From: Minisyncoccota bacterium
GTDB lineage: Bacteria > Patescibacteriota > Minisyncoccia > Phycocordibacterales > UBA9973
Assembly: GCA_041664465.1 (NCBI GenBank)
Contig: JBAYKP010000001.1
Coordinates: 4,204-68,203, forward strand
Length of the DNA stretch: 64,000 nucleotides
Reading direction: 5' to 3'
Position 1 is the first letter of the stretch. Every line of letters begins with the position of its first letter. Positions 29,311 through 37,991 of this stretch are shown here, piece by piece. The translations under genes were made by a program, and so were the position numbers. The notes beneath the pieces were generated by a model. It saw nothing but the letters and a program-made list of their open reading frames with translations, had not been told where the DNA came from and made no database searches.

Positions 29311-30159
29311 TTATTTAGTTGCATTTAGCTCCATAAAGAATGCTGAGCCTTTACCTTCCCCTTCTGATTCTACCCAAACTCGGCCTTTATGTGCTTCCAC
29401 TATTTGTTTTGCAAGGTAAAGCCCTAGACCAGTACCTGTAGTATTCATGCGAGCTCCATCACCACGAGCAAACTTTTGGAAGAGACTATCTTTTACCTCC
29501 TCGGTCATTCCCATTCCTGTATCTTTCACACAAAATACAACTTTATTATTTTGATTCTTCACAGATACATTTACACTGCCCTCTTTGGTATATTTAACAG
29601 AATTATCTATGAAGTTTATTATAATTTGGCGAATTTTTTCTTTATCGCCATTTACCATAAATGAGGTATCACTATCTTTTTCAAAGTTTAATTTGAGTCC
29701 TTTTTTCTCTGTGGCAATAGAGAAATCTTTGACTTCATCTTCTACAATTATAGATAGATCAAATGGTGCCATTTCAAACTTCATACCGCCTGATTCTATC
29801 TTAGTCACATTCAGCAAATCTTCTACGACAATCGTCAAATTCTTACTTGATTGATACATACGATCAATAGCTTCTTTCGCTTCTTTGGTCATTTCTCCAT
29901 AATCTCCATCCATAAGCATAGAAGCATAACCTTTAATGGCTGTTAGAGGGCTACGGAGCTGATGTGAAGCAAGCGAAACGAATTCTGTCTTCAGCTTATC
30001 GAGCCCCTTCAACTTTTCATTAGCATCTCCGAGTTCTCCATTGAGTCGTTCAATTTCTTTATTTAAATTTACCAACTCTAAATTTTTCTTATAAAGCTCT
30101 TCCGTGGCTTTTTGAAATTCTTCCACAGAAATATGTGTATCGTTTTTTTGATCTGTCAT
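29311..30159 (-). CDS. Histidine kinase (soluble; coiled-coil + HisKA + HATPase_c)
   Basis: 282 aa; H-box LASHQLRSPLTAIKGY, N, G1 DTGMGM and G2 GTGLGL boxes; no TM segments; no response regulator in window. Confidence 0.8.
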   Translation of the reverse strand: MTDQKNDTHISVEEFQKATEELYKKNLELVNLNKEIERLNGELGDANEKLKGLDKLKTEFVSLASHQLRSPLTAIKGYASMLMDGDYGEMTKEAKEAIDRMYQSSKNLTIVVEDLLNVTKIESGGMKFEMAPFDLSIIVEDEVKDFSIATEKKGLKLNFEKDSDTSFMVNGDKEKIRQIIINFIDNSVKYTKEGSVNVSVKNQNNKVVFCVKDTGMGMTEEVKDSLFQKFARGDGARMNTTGTGLGLYLAKQIVEAHKGRVWVESEGEGKGSAFFMELNATK

Positions 30160-30164
30160 AAAAA

Positions 30165-30461
30165 TTATTTAAGGCTTGAAGGTATTTCTTCTGGTTTAAG
30201 TTCTTTAATCATATCTTGCACAGCATCACGACAAACTTCGTGAGAAGCTTTTCCAAATAATCTTTCATATTGTGCAATTAGACGGTTTATCACATCTTTA
30301 CTGTCACCAGAAAAGGAAATAGAACTGTGTTGTTGATCAACAGTAAGCCCGATAACTTTTTTGGCTTCATTCCAAGCCATAGGACCAATAACAAGCTCTT
30401 GCTCTTTAATAATTCTTAGAGACATTTGATTGAAGATATTTAATTTAGTTAAAGTATCCAT
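30165..30461 (-). CDS. hypothetical protein (98 aa), co-operonic with histidine kinase
   Basis: 5-nt gap to HK start; no motif recognised. Confidence 0.3.
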   Translation of the reverse strand: MDTLTKLNIFNQMSLRIIKEQELVIGPMAWNEAKKVIGLTVDQQHSSISFSGDSKDVINRLIAQYERLFGKASHEVCRDAVQDMIKELKPEEIPSSLK

Positions 30462-30467
30462 AAAAAT

Positions 30468-31319
30468 TTAATTAGTTTCTTTAAGACTTCTTAAAACATA
30501 ACCTGTTTGAATAATACTTATAGTCATCAAAAAATAGGAAATTACATACAGGAAGTCTCCTATTCCTCCAACATACCAAGAGCCATTGTTTGCTTGAAAT
30601 AAAAAATAAGAATCAGCAATATATTGTGCAATAAGAGAAATTAAAAATAAAATAATTGGTTTTTTCATAATTCCGCCCAATATATTTCTTGTTAAAATTA
30701 AAGTAAGAATTGCTAAAGATACATAAAAAGCTTGTCCTAGTGGATAACCAAAATCTAAAAATATTTTTAACTTATTTGCCCAATCAAATTCATAATTTTT
30801 TAAGAACATTGAATAAGAACCTATTAGCATAATTAATGGTAATAAAATTGCTTGGATTTTACCTCTAAAAAGTTTTAGAGAAATTTTGGCTCCAGAAATC
30901 TTTGCTAAAGACATTACTCCTAAAATATATAATATTACACTTCCAAAATATCCAATATCCCCAATCGAAGGATAAGGGGCTTGTATTTGAGCAAATAAAT
31001 TAAAATAACTATAGACACTTTGCCCGAATGATTGTAAAAATAATCCTATCGAAAAATATAAAATAGATCTTCCTAATTGGCTTTTAAAACCTCCAAAATT
31101 TTTAGATATAATTACTCCAATTATTCCACCTAATAATGCCAAAATTTGATAAAAAGACCCCCAAATATATTTATCATGAATTATTGAAGTACTCTCAGAA
31201 TTTAAAAATGGATTTAAGATAAGCCACCAAATAGTAAGAATAATAAAAATGAAAAAAACTAAAATCATTAAAAGATGATTACGAATATATAGATTTTTTG
31301 TATTATAAAACATATGCAT
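30468..31319 (-). CDS. integral membrane protein (8 predicted TM helices)
   Basis: 283 aa; eight hydrophobic ~20-aa segments read from translation; no family recognised. Confidence 0.5.
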   Translation of the reverse strand: MHMFYNTKNLYIRNHLLMILVFFIFIILTIWWLILNPFLNSESTSIIHDKYIWGSFYQILALLGGIIGVIISKNFGGFKSQLGRSILYFSIGLFLQSFGQSVYSYFNLFAQIQAPYPSIGDIGYFGSVILYILGVMSLAKISGAKISLKLFRGKIQAILLPLIMLIGSYSMFLKNYEFDWANKLKIFLDFGYPLGQAFYVSLAILTLILTRNILGGIMKKPIILFLISLIAQYIADSYFLFQANNGSWYVGGIGDFLYVISYFLMTISIIQTGYVLRSLKETN

Positions 31320-31339
31320 ATATTATACTATATTAATAA

Positions 31340-32248
31340 TTATTCCGCAAAGCTAATAGTAAATTTCTTTAAAAACCTACACATAAAGGACCTTTTGCTA
31401 TTCCTTAAGCCAGGTAATCCTAAATCTTGCTCAAAATTCAAAAATTTACATCCACATTCTATTAAAAATTTTGCATTTTCTTTCATTAAATAATCATAAA
31501 TCCCCTCAAAATTTATATCTGCCTTAGAAAAATGTGACACAGCAAAATTTTTGTCATTAGAAATATTCGATATAGAATAAGCTATAAGTTTTTCTTTATT
31601 ATATATACCTATACCAACAGAATCTTCAAAATTGCCGGCAAAAAATTTATGAGTAGAAAGAAGTTCATTTTTAAAATGAAAGTTTGTATCTTTTTTAATT
31701 TTATTCTTAAGCCAAAATTCATCTAAATCTAAAATCTTTTTTTGAATATCAAGATCTTTTAAATTTAACTTAGTAACTTTAATATCTAGGAATTTTTTAG
31801 AAAATTTATTAACTTTATTTCTTTGAGAAGCAAATTTTGAACCTTTTAAAAAAGAAATTTCTTCTAAATCAAAAATGTAATCAAAATTATCTGAGTCTTC
31901 TTCTATTCTAAATTTATCATGAGTAATTATTCTAGCGACATCATCAGATATAAGATAAAGTTTTGGTTTAGTTTCTTCTTTTATAGATAAATCAAGTAAT
32001 TTTTGTGTTATATTATTTACTTCAGTATTGCCCAGAAAAGAATAAAATGGTTCACCTGTAAGATAGTCAGTAAAACGAACTATTAAATTTCCATGAAATT
32101 GTGAAAGACGCATTTCACCTTTTATATCCCAAGACCACATAGAAATAAAATTAAAATCCGAATATGGTGGATACTTTTTAGTTATTTTTTCCACTTCTTC
32201 CCTGTCAGAAAGTTCAATGGATTTCATTTTTGGAAATTCTGGAATCAT
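31340..32248 (-). CDS. hypothetical protein, possibly DUF2156/LPG-synthase-C-like (aminoacyl-tRNA-dependent transferase fold)
   Basis: 302 aa; N-terminal YPPYSDFNFISMWSW resembles the start of MprF C-terminal domains; assignment from memory, weak. Confidence 0.35.
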   Translation of the reverse strand: MIPEFPKMKSIELSDREEVEKITKKYPPYSDFNFISMWSWDIKGEMRLSQFHGNLIVRFTDYLTGEPFYSFLGNTEVNNITQKLLDLSIKEETKPKLYLISDDVARIITHDKFRIEEDSDNFDYIFDLEEISFLKGSKFASQRNKVNKFSKKFLDIKVTKLNLKDLDIQKKILDLDEFWLKNKIKKDTNFHFKNELLSTHKFFAGNFEDSVGIGIYNKEKLIAYSISNISNDKNFAVSHFSKADINFEGIYDYLMKENAKFLIECGCKFLNFEQDLGLPGLRNSKRSFMCRFLKKFTISFAE

Positions 32249-32412
32249 ATATTTTTTTCAATTTTTGCCATTAACTCAGGGTCTTTTTGTCTTTCATCTA
32301 AAAGCCGAAGGGCTTCGGAGAGCGGTGTGTAAACAATCTGGTTAAAGATATTCCTATCAGACATTATTGTATCATAATCCCCAATTGATATTTTTTTATC
32401 GTCTTCTGGCAT
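32245..32412 (-). CDS. small ORF (55 aa) MPEDDKKISIGDYDTIMSDRNIFNQIVYTPLSEALRLLDERQKDPELMAKIEKNI
   Basis: not in the >=60-aa ORF track; found by hand; stop overlaps start of downstream gene (ATATGA), 8 nt after upstream gene stop. Confidence 0.25.
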   Translation of the reverse strand: MPEDDKKISIGDYDTIMSDRNIFNQIVYTPLSEALRLLDERQKDPELMAKIEKNI

Positions 32413-32420
32413 AAAATTAT

Positions 32421-32798
32421 TTAATTTATATTTTGATTAGTATTAGTAGGAGCCACACATGTACCATCAGATAATTCACTTTCAGTGCATTTTGTTTTTT
32501 TACATTTTATAGCACCTGTCGTGCAAGCAAGAAGACAGTCTTCATTCTCACACATCTTGAAATTAGAAGCTTTTAATGTATAAGTATTATAATAAGAAAA
32601 GCCATTTGGTGGGCAATCATCTGGGTTTGTACAATCACGATAAAAACAAGTCTCAGTCTCAGGATTACATTTAGTTTCAACTATAAAATTAAAGTCTTTC
32701 TTAAAATAAAAAAAATAGAAAGATGAAAAAATAGAAATAATCACTCCAGCTAATAGGATATATAAAAATATATTATGTTTCTGCTTTTCTTCGGGCAT
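32421..32798 (-). CDS. membrane-anchored Cys-rich protein (125 aa; 1 TM + 10-Cys ectodomain)
   Basis: N-terminal TM FLYILLAGVIISIFSSFYFFYF then 10 Cys in ~85 aa (CNPETETC, CTNPDDC, CENEDCLLAC...). Confidence 0.4.
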   Translation of the reverse strand: MPEEKQKHNIFLYILLAGVIISIFSSFYFFYFKKDFNFIVETKCNPETETCFYRDCTNPDDCPPNGFSYYNTYTLKASNFKMCENEDCLLACTTGAIKCKKTKCTESELSDGTCVAPTNTNQNIN

Positions 32799-32884
32799 AT
32801 ATGTATTATACCTTATATTTAGATTAATAGGAAGATAATGATATAATGAGAATGTATTAAGTATTTATAATTAAACTAAATTTT

Positions 32885-33901
32885 ATGGAGAAATATAACT
32901 TTATTGGTAAAAACTTAACAAATGAAGATGCTAATGCAGTTTCTAAAGCATTAGAAACTAGACATTTTGAAGAAACTAAAAAAGAATTAATTGATTATAG
33001 AGAACCAACCCCAGAAGAATCGTTAAATATAGAGAAGTCAAAAAAATTAATTGAAGAAGAACTAAAATTAATGGGAGTTGATGTTACAACATTTGATATT
33101 AATAGTTACCAATTCAAATTTTTAAATAAATCTACCGGTAAAGGTACTTATTACTCTGAAACAAGATTGATAGAAATTGAAAATAATTATAAAGTTAAAT
33201 TAGAAAATATTCTCAAAAATCCAACGAAAATAATTCCGTCTCTTGGCTATTTTGTTCAAAAACTACTAACGAAAATAACTCAGTTAAATAAAAACTCAAA
33301 AACTGAGTCTAATTACAGCACTATCATTCATGAAGCAATTCACGGTAAATCTTTTCATAAGTATGAATTAGATATTAATAAAGATAATTCAGAGTCATAC
33401 AAAATTAATGAAAATACATATAGAAATGGATATCTATTAACAAAAAATGGCCAAGAAGATTATTTTCGTGGATTAAATGAAGGAGTTGTTGATAAAACAA
33501 CTATGGATATTCTCATGAAAGAATATAAAGATGAACCAGATATATTAAATAAGATTAGGAAAATTTTATACTACATGGAATCTGAATACTTTATAGAAAT
33601 GCTTACAATAGATTCTATTATTAACAAAATAGCTAAAAGCAAAAATAAATCCACTGAAGAAATATGGACTCAATTTAAAAAAGGTCAATTCACTGGTGAT
33701 ATGATGCACTTAAGAGATATTGAGGATGTATATACACCAGGATCTTTAAGAATTCTAGCTACAATGAATCCACGTACAAGAATGGCGAGTATAAAAAATT
33801 TATTATACTATACTTATTTTTCAACACGATCTGAGTTTATTAGAAAAATTATAGAAAATAAATTATTATCAAAAAATTCAAAGGACAAACTCAAAGAATA
33901 A
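32885..33901 (+). CDS. hypothetical Lys-rich protein with HExxH motif (possible zincin-like)
   Basis: 338 aa; TIIHEAIHGKSFH; no other family signature recognised. Confidence 0.35.
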   Translation: MEKYNFIGKNLTNEDANAVSKALETRHFEETKKELIDYREPTPEESLNIEKSKKLIEEELKLMGVDVTTFDINSYQFKFLNKSTGKGTYYSETRLIEIENNYKVKLENILKNPTKIIPSLGYFVQKLLTKITQLNKNSKTESNYSTIIHEAIHGKSFHKYELDINKDNSESYKINENTYRNGYLLTKNGQEDYFRGLNEGVVDKTTMDILMKEYKDEPDILNKIRKILYYMESEYFIEMLTIDSIINKIAKSKNKSTEEIWTQFKKGQFTGDMMHLRDIEDVYTPGSLRILATMNPRTRMASIKNLLYYTYFSTRSEFIRKIIENKLLSKNSKDKLKE

Positions 33902-33919
33902 CCAGTTAACTTTTAAAAT

Positions 33920-34276
33920 ATGGAAAAAAAATTTAAAGAATATACTTATAAAGGGCAGAAATTTAAAATATACTTTGTTTCAAAAGACAAACTGGGGATA
34001 GCCTTTGGTAGAGCTTATTTGAAAAATGAAGGAGAAAAATCTTATGGAGAAGTTAGAGAAGATCTGAATCCTGTAATTAAAAAATTTGTAATAGAACATG
34101 AACTATATCATCTTACAGATAAATCAAGATGTATGGGAATATTTGGTATGGAATTAAGGGCAAATATAATACCTGGACTTAAAAATCCTATTGGATTATT
34201 TATGACAATTTTAGCAACATTATTTTCTCTTGATAGAATTAAATTTTATTTAGGAAAGTTAAATATAAAAAAATAA
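33920..34276 (+). CDS. hypothetical small protein with HExxH motif and C-terminal TM
   Basis: 118 aa; VIEHELYHLTD; C-terminal IGLFMTILATLFSL hydrophobic segment. Confidence 0.3.
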   Translation: MEKKFKEYTYKGQKFKIYFVSKDKLGIAFGRAYLKNEGEKSYGEVREDLNPVIKKFVIEHELYHLTDKSRCMGIFGMELRANIIPGLKNPIGLFMTILATLFSLDRIKFYLGKLNIKK

Positions 34277-34310
34277 AGAAGTCGTATGATTATAATACGA
34301 CTTCTTTAGT
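34272..34310. terminator. bidirectional terminator (AAGAAGTCGTAT-loop-ATACGACTTCTT)
   Basis: 12-bp perfect stem between convergent genes. Confidence 0.6.
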
Positions 34311-34326
34311 TAGGTTACCTTACCGA

Positions 34327-34665
34327 TTATGAGATATTATTCAACCGAATGAAGAATTTGATTCCTCTTCTGGCTATTGGTTTCAAAAACGGAAGTTTTT
34401 GTAAAACCCATGCTCCGGGTTTCCCAATGAAGGAATAGTAAGCACGGATAAACAAAAGTTTACTTTTTTCCGTTCCCTGTTTAATAATCTCATCTCTCCA
34501 TAATCGTAAAGAGTTTACAGTGGAATCATCTTGTCCATAACATGCAGTTGCGACAAAACAATCTAGGGGTCCAAAGCTTGGTCCGTCATTAGAAATTGAT
34601 GACGAACCCTTAGCACTTTCTTTATTTAAGATCGTGCTTTTTTTGCTAGGAATAACTGTTTTCAT
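34327..34665 (-). CDS. hypothetical protein (112 aa) with CFVATACYG motif
   Basis: Ser-rich N-terminus then DCFVATACYGQDD; family not identified. Confidence 0.3.
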   Translation of the reverse strand: MKTVIPSKKSTILNKESAKGSSSISNDGPSFGPLDCFVATACYGQDDSTVNSLRLWRDEIIKQGTEKSKLLFIRAYYSFIGKPGAWVLQKLPFLKPIARRGIKFFIRLNNIS

Positions 34666-34785
34666 AAAAAACTATATTTAATTATTTTTGAATTTTGGCG
34701 AAATTGCCAATTTATTCAATTATAATAATACTATACAAAGTTAAATCAGTCAATAGCAACGTAATGATTCAACGGTTTGAATGTA

Positions 34786-34829
34786 AAAATAAAAAGCCAC
34801 CTGAATTAAAAATTCAAGTGTGCTTTTTG
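34786..34829 (-). terminator. rho-independent terminator downstream of lipoprotein 2
   Basis: minus strand: GCACACTTGAATT-TTT-AATTCAGGTGGC followed by TTTTTATTTTT. Confidence 0.5.
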
Positions 34830-34912
34830 TTTCTATGACGCTCATAGAATTGTTGGTTAGAATAGTTTCTAACAATGCGTCTCACAGAGGAATTGAATTG
34901 CTCTGTGGATGG

Positions 34913-35566
34913 TTACTTCTGATACATGAAAATTCTCATGTATTCCACCTTCCCATCCTGTTGGGTAACCGGTCTTTGATAAACAAAATTTTTCTCCGAC
35001 AGTAGCAGAACTTCCCATTCTGAACCATTATTAAAAACTTTGCCTATTAATGACCAATTTGCTCCCGAGAATGAATCAGTTGCTCCTTTATGAAAAGTCT
35101 TGTAGTTTGTTTTATAAAAATAAGTTTCATCAGTTAACCTTTCAGGAGTTTCCCGAAAGTCATTAGTAGATAAAACATTATTATTTACGTCATAATATAC
35201 AATCTTTTCAGTAAACCAAGGGGTGGTCTTCATTAGTATGAGCCTGTCATTGCTGACATACTCAACGACAACATTCAAGTCTGAACTTACTGTGACCGTA
35301 TAAGTATCAAACAGAGGAAGTGCTTGAAAAACACCGTTTATTGCAACCGAAACTGGGCTACAATCTGGATATTTCCCAAGTTTAAAAATCTTTATATCAC
35401 CAGCTTTTGCACTGGCTACTTCAGATTTTTCTCCTGTTACCAACTTTTCCAAGTAGGTAACTGTGTACGTTTTTGGGGGGTCCAAAATTGGATCAACCCC
35501 AAAACTTCCCTTATCACATCCCCAAAGGGTGATGGACAAGAGGAACACTACTATAATGGTTTTCAT
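34913..35566 (-). CDS. predicted lipoprotein (218 aa), partner of surface protein 2
   Basis: start at internal Met: MKTIIVVFLLSITLWGC (lipobox L-W-G-C); follows the surface-protein gene as at the first locus. Confidence 0.5.
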   Translation of the reverse strand: MKTIIVVFLLSITLWGCDKGSFGVDPILDPPKTYTVTYLEKLVTGEKSEVASAKAGDIKIFKLGKYPDCSPVSVAINGVFQALPLFDTYTVTVSSDLNVVVEYVSNDRLILMKTTPWFTEKIVYYDVNNNVLSTNDFRETPERLTDETYFYKTNYKTFHKGATDSFSGANWSLIGKVFNNGSEWEVLLLSEKNFVYQRPVTQQDGKVEYMRIFMYQK

Positions 35567-35659
35567 GATACATATTTCATGTATAAGTATGAGACATTTA
35601 TAGATTATTGTCAAATATGGAAAGTGAATAATAAGTGTATAACTTTTTATTAAAAATCA

Positions 35660-35692
35660 CTAAAACACACCTAAAATTTAGGTGTGTTTTAG
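35660..35692. terminator. rho-independent terminator (AAAACACACCTAAA/TTTAGGTGTGTTTT perfect palindrome)
   Basis: directly downstream of surface protein 2 stop; same ACACCT/AGGTGT core as 22653-22683. Confidence 0.65.
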
Positions 35693-35705
35693 AATAAATT
35701 AAATA

Positions 35706-37919
35706 TTAATTCCAACTACAACCGTGATGATACCATGTATGACACGATGGTGGATTACAAAGATCAGCACTAGTAAAGCTACTGCAAGATAAACCTTCGT
35801 CTGGACCAGGACCTGCACTTCCATCACAATTTTTACTACCAATTACTTTATTTCCACCGCAACTACCACTAGTATTGGTGCTGTTAATTCCATCGGTACA
35901 ATTAACATTAAAGGTAGTAGACTCTTTCAAATTAAAAGACATACCTCCTTGATTATCTCCAACTGTTCCAGTACCACAAGAAGTAGTTGCCCCATTTTTA
36001 AGATAAGTACAATCACAGCTTGTTGAATTTTGAGAATTCCAAGTAATTTTTACGAGGCTATCATAAGGTGTTGTTAGTGGGTTTACAGTATTTGCATACA
36101 CTTGCACTGTCGGCACTGTAGCTGGTGCAGTAGCTGGAGGACTTGCAACAACATAAGGGATTGAATAAGTAAAAATACCACTATCAGCAAAATTCATATA
36201 ATACGTTCCCGGAGTAGATTGAACTGGAAAAGATGCTTGCCCAGAAATATTATTAACGCCTAGATTACCAACAGAAAATATGGTGGTATATCCAGCGGGA
36301 ATAATAGGAGAAATAGCTGCTTCAGCTGTCGGTAGTATAGAAGATTTTAAATCATCCAATTCTGACCTTGTCAGTAAACTTCCACTACCTGTATTGCTTG
36401 CTGCAAAAACTGTATTAAACATAAAAGGACAGAAATAAACACAATTTGCAGTCACATAAGCATAGATAGTCTTACCAGTAGTAAAAGGATCGCCAGCAGT
36501 TCCACTAAAAATACCTATACTTACATCTACAAAACCACCACCATAGGAAAGAGTAACAGCTGAAGCCTTATTAGTAGGCATTAAAGTAAATAAAGAAAAG
36601 AATATAAAAAAGAAGATAATACTCATAGGGACAGAATTAGAATTTTCTGGTGTTGTAGCGGGGGTATTAGGTGTGATTGGCGTGATTGGATTATTTTTTC
36701 TTTTAATATAAAGATAAGTTATAACAATAATCAAGAGTATAAGGGGAATAATAGCATAAAGTATATTGAACTTTGGTTTTTGAATTTCAGAAGTTGTCTT
36801 TACTTTGAATTCTTTTTGATCTAAGACTTTTCCATTTTCATCCGTGAGAGATAGAGAAATTATAGGGTCAATACAAGAAGATTTGATAGAAATACTAGAA
36901 TCTACTTTAGGATTGGTAGTTATCGTTAATTTCTGAGATTGCTCTTTAGCACAGGAATTACCATTACCATTTGAAATCTGAATATTGGAAGTGATAGCAG
37001 ATAAACCTTGAGTTATATAAACAAAAGACACTTGAGCTTTGTCTCCTTTATTATAATAATCTTTATCTAAAGATAGATTCTCAATGGTAGCACTAGCTCC
37101 TAGTACTGTGTAATTCACATTGATAGAATTTGATTTAAAATCTTTGTTAATTAATAGAAAGTTAATATTATAAGACGAAGGAGTAGTAACTTTCGGAAGG
37201 GTTACGGAAAAAGATTTACTTTCATTTGCTTTAAAAGATATTGGATTAGTATCTCCTTTTGTTTGTGTCTCAATAATATTTCCATAAGAAGACATTAGAT
37301 GCGTCTCGTAGGAAGGTGTAACATTTATATCCGTCTTAAGAGAATTCTGGGCAGTACAATTAAGTTTGATACTTTCTTCAGGTTTAATACCTATCCTCTG
37401 ATTTATGCTATAGGATTTACCAGTCTCTGTCTGTATTAAACAAGTCTCGGGAAGAATTTGTAGCCCATTATTATTGGTCAGATTCACTACGCTCACAGGA
37501 ATATGACCAAATGGAAAACCGCTACTATTTTTACTTGTAATATAAAGAGTATAAGAGCCACTTAAGGAAGATGGTGCTGTATATGTGATTTCTTTTTTAG
37601 TTGTTGTATTTGGATTTAAAGTCAGAGATTCATCATAAATTTTTTCATCCACGATCAATTGTCCTTTGGTGGAGTCTTGAACTAGTTCTATTCCGTATTT
37701 AACTCCAGTTTGTAATCCTTCACCATTGGAAAGAGAGAAAGAGATATTGAAAATATTCCCCTTTTGAGAGATAATTTTTGCATTATTTATATTTACAGTT
37801 GCAAGAATAATTCCATTGGCAGAAGTCGCTTGATTGGTCGGAGCTGCTGCGAAAACTGGAGTGGAGATAAATATTGATAAGAAAACAACTAAGAGAGAAA
37901 GTTTTGATAAATTTTTCAT
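35706..37919 (-). CDS. large surface protein 2 (737 aa), paralog of 22700-24904
   Basis: signal MKNLSKLSLLVVFLSIFISTPVFA; colinear similarity along whole length incl. TM hairpin (aa ~385-445) and C-terminal SCDCTY...TFNVNC modules. Confidence 0.5.
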   Translation of the reverse strand: MKNLSKLSLLVVFLSIFISTPVFAAAPTNQATSANGIILATVNINNAKIISQKGNIFNISFSLSNGEGLQTGVKYGIELVQDSTKGQLIVDEKIYDESLTLNPNTTTKKEITYTAPSSLSGSYTLYITSKNSSGFPFGHIPVSVVNLTNNNGLQILPETCLIQTETGKSYSINQRIGIKPEESIKLNCTAQNSLKTDINVTPSYETHLMSSYGNIIETQTKGDTNPISFKANESKSFSVTLPKVTTPSSYNINFLLINKDFKSNSINVNYTVLGASATIENLSLDKDYYNKGDKAQVSFVYITQGLSAITSNIQISNGNGNSCAKEQSQKLTITTNPKVDSSISIKSSCIDPIISLSLTDENGKVLDQKEFKVKTTSEIQKPKFNILYAIIPLILLIIVITYLYIKRKNNPITPITPNTPATTPENSNSVPMSIIFFFIFFSLFTLMPTNKASAVTLSYGGGFVDVSIGIFSGTAGDPFTTGKTIYAYVTANCVYFCPFMFNTVFAASNTGSGSLLTRSELDDLKSSILPTAEAAISPIIPAGYTTIFSVGNLGVNNISGQASFPVQSTPGTYYMNFADSGIFTYSIPYVVASPPATAPATVPTVQVYANTVNPLTTPYDSLVKITWNSQNSTSCDCTYLKNGATTSCGTGTVGDNQGGMSFNLKESTTFNVNCTDGINSTNTSGSCGGNKVIGSKNCDGSAGPGPDEGLSCSSFTSADLCNPPSCHTWYHHGCSWN

Positions 37920-37991
37920 AAAATGAAAGACAAAAATTAGTGATTGATAATAAATACTTTTACTTTGTACTCTTTATATTATACATCATAT

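Noticed and set aside
32313-32335. GCCGAAGGGCTTCGG hairpin taken for a terminator
   Set aside because: Lies inside the reading frame of the 55-aa ORF (codes SEALRL) with no T-run after it.
34820-35005. 61-aa plus-strand ORF downstream of lipoprotein 2
   Set aside because: Overlaps the lipoprotein gene's 3' end and a CACAGAG/CTCTGTG hairpin; no coding signal.
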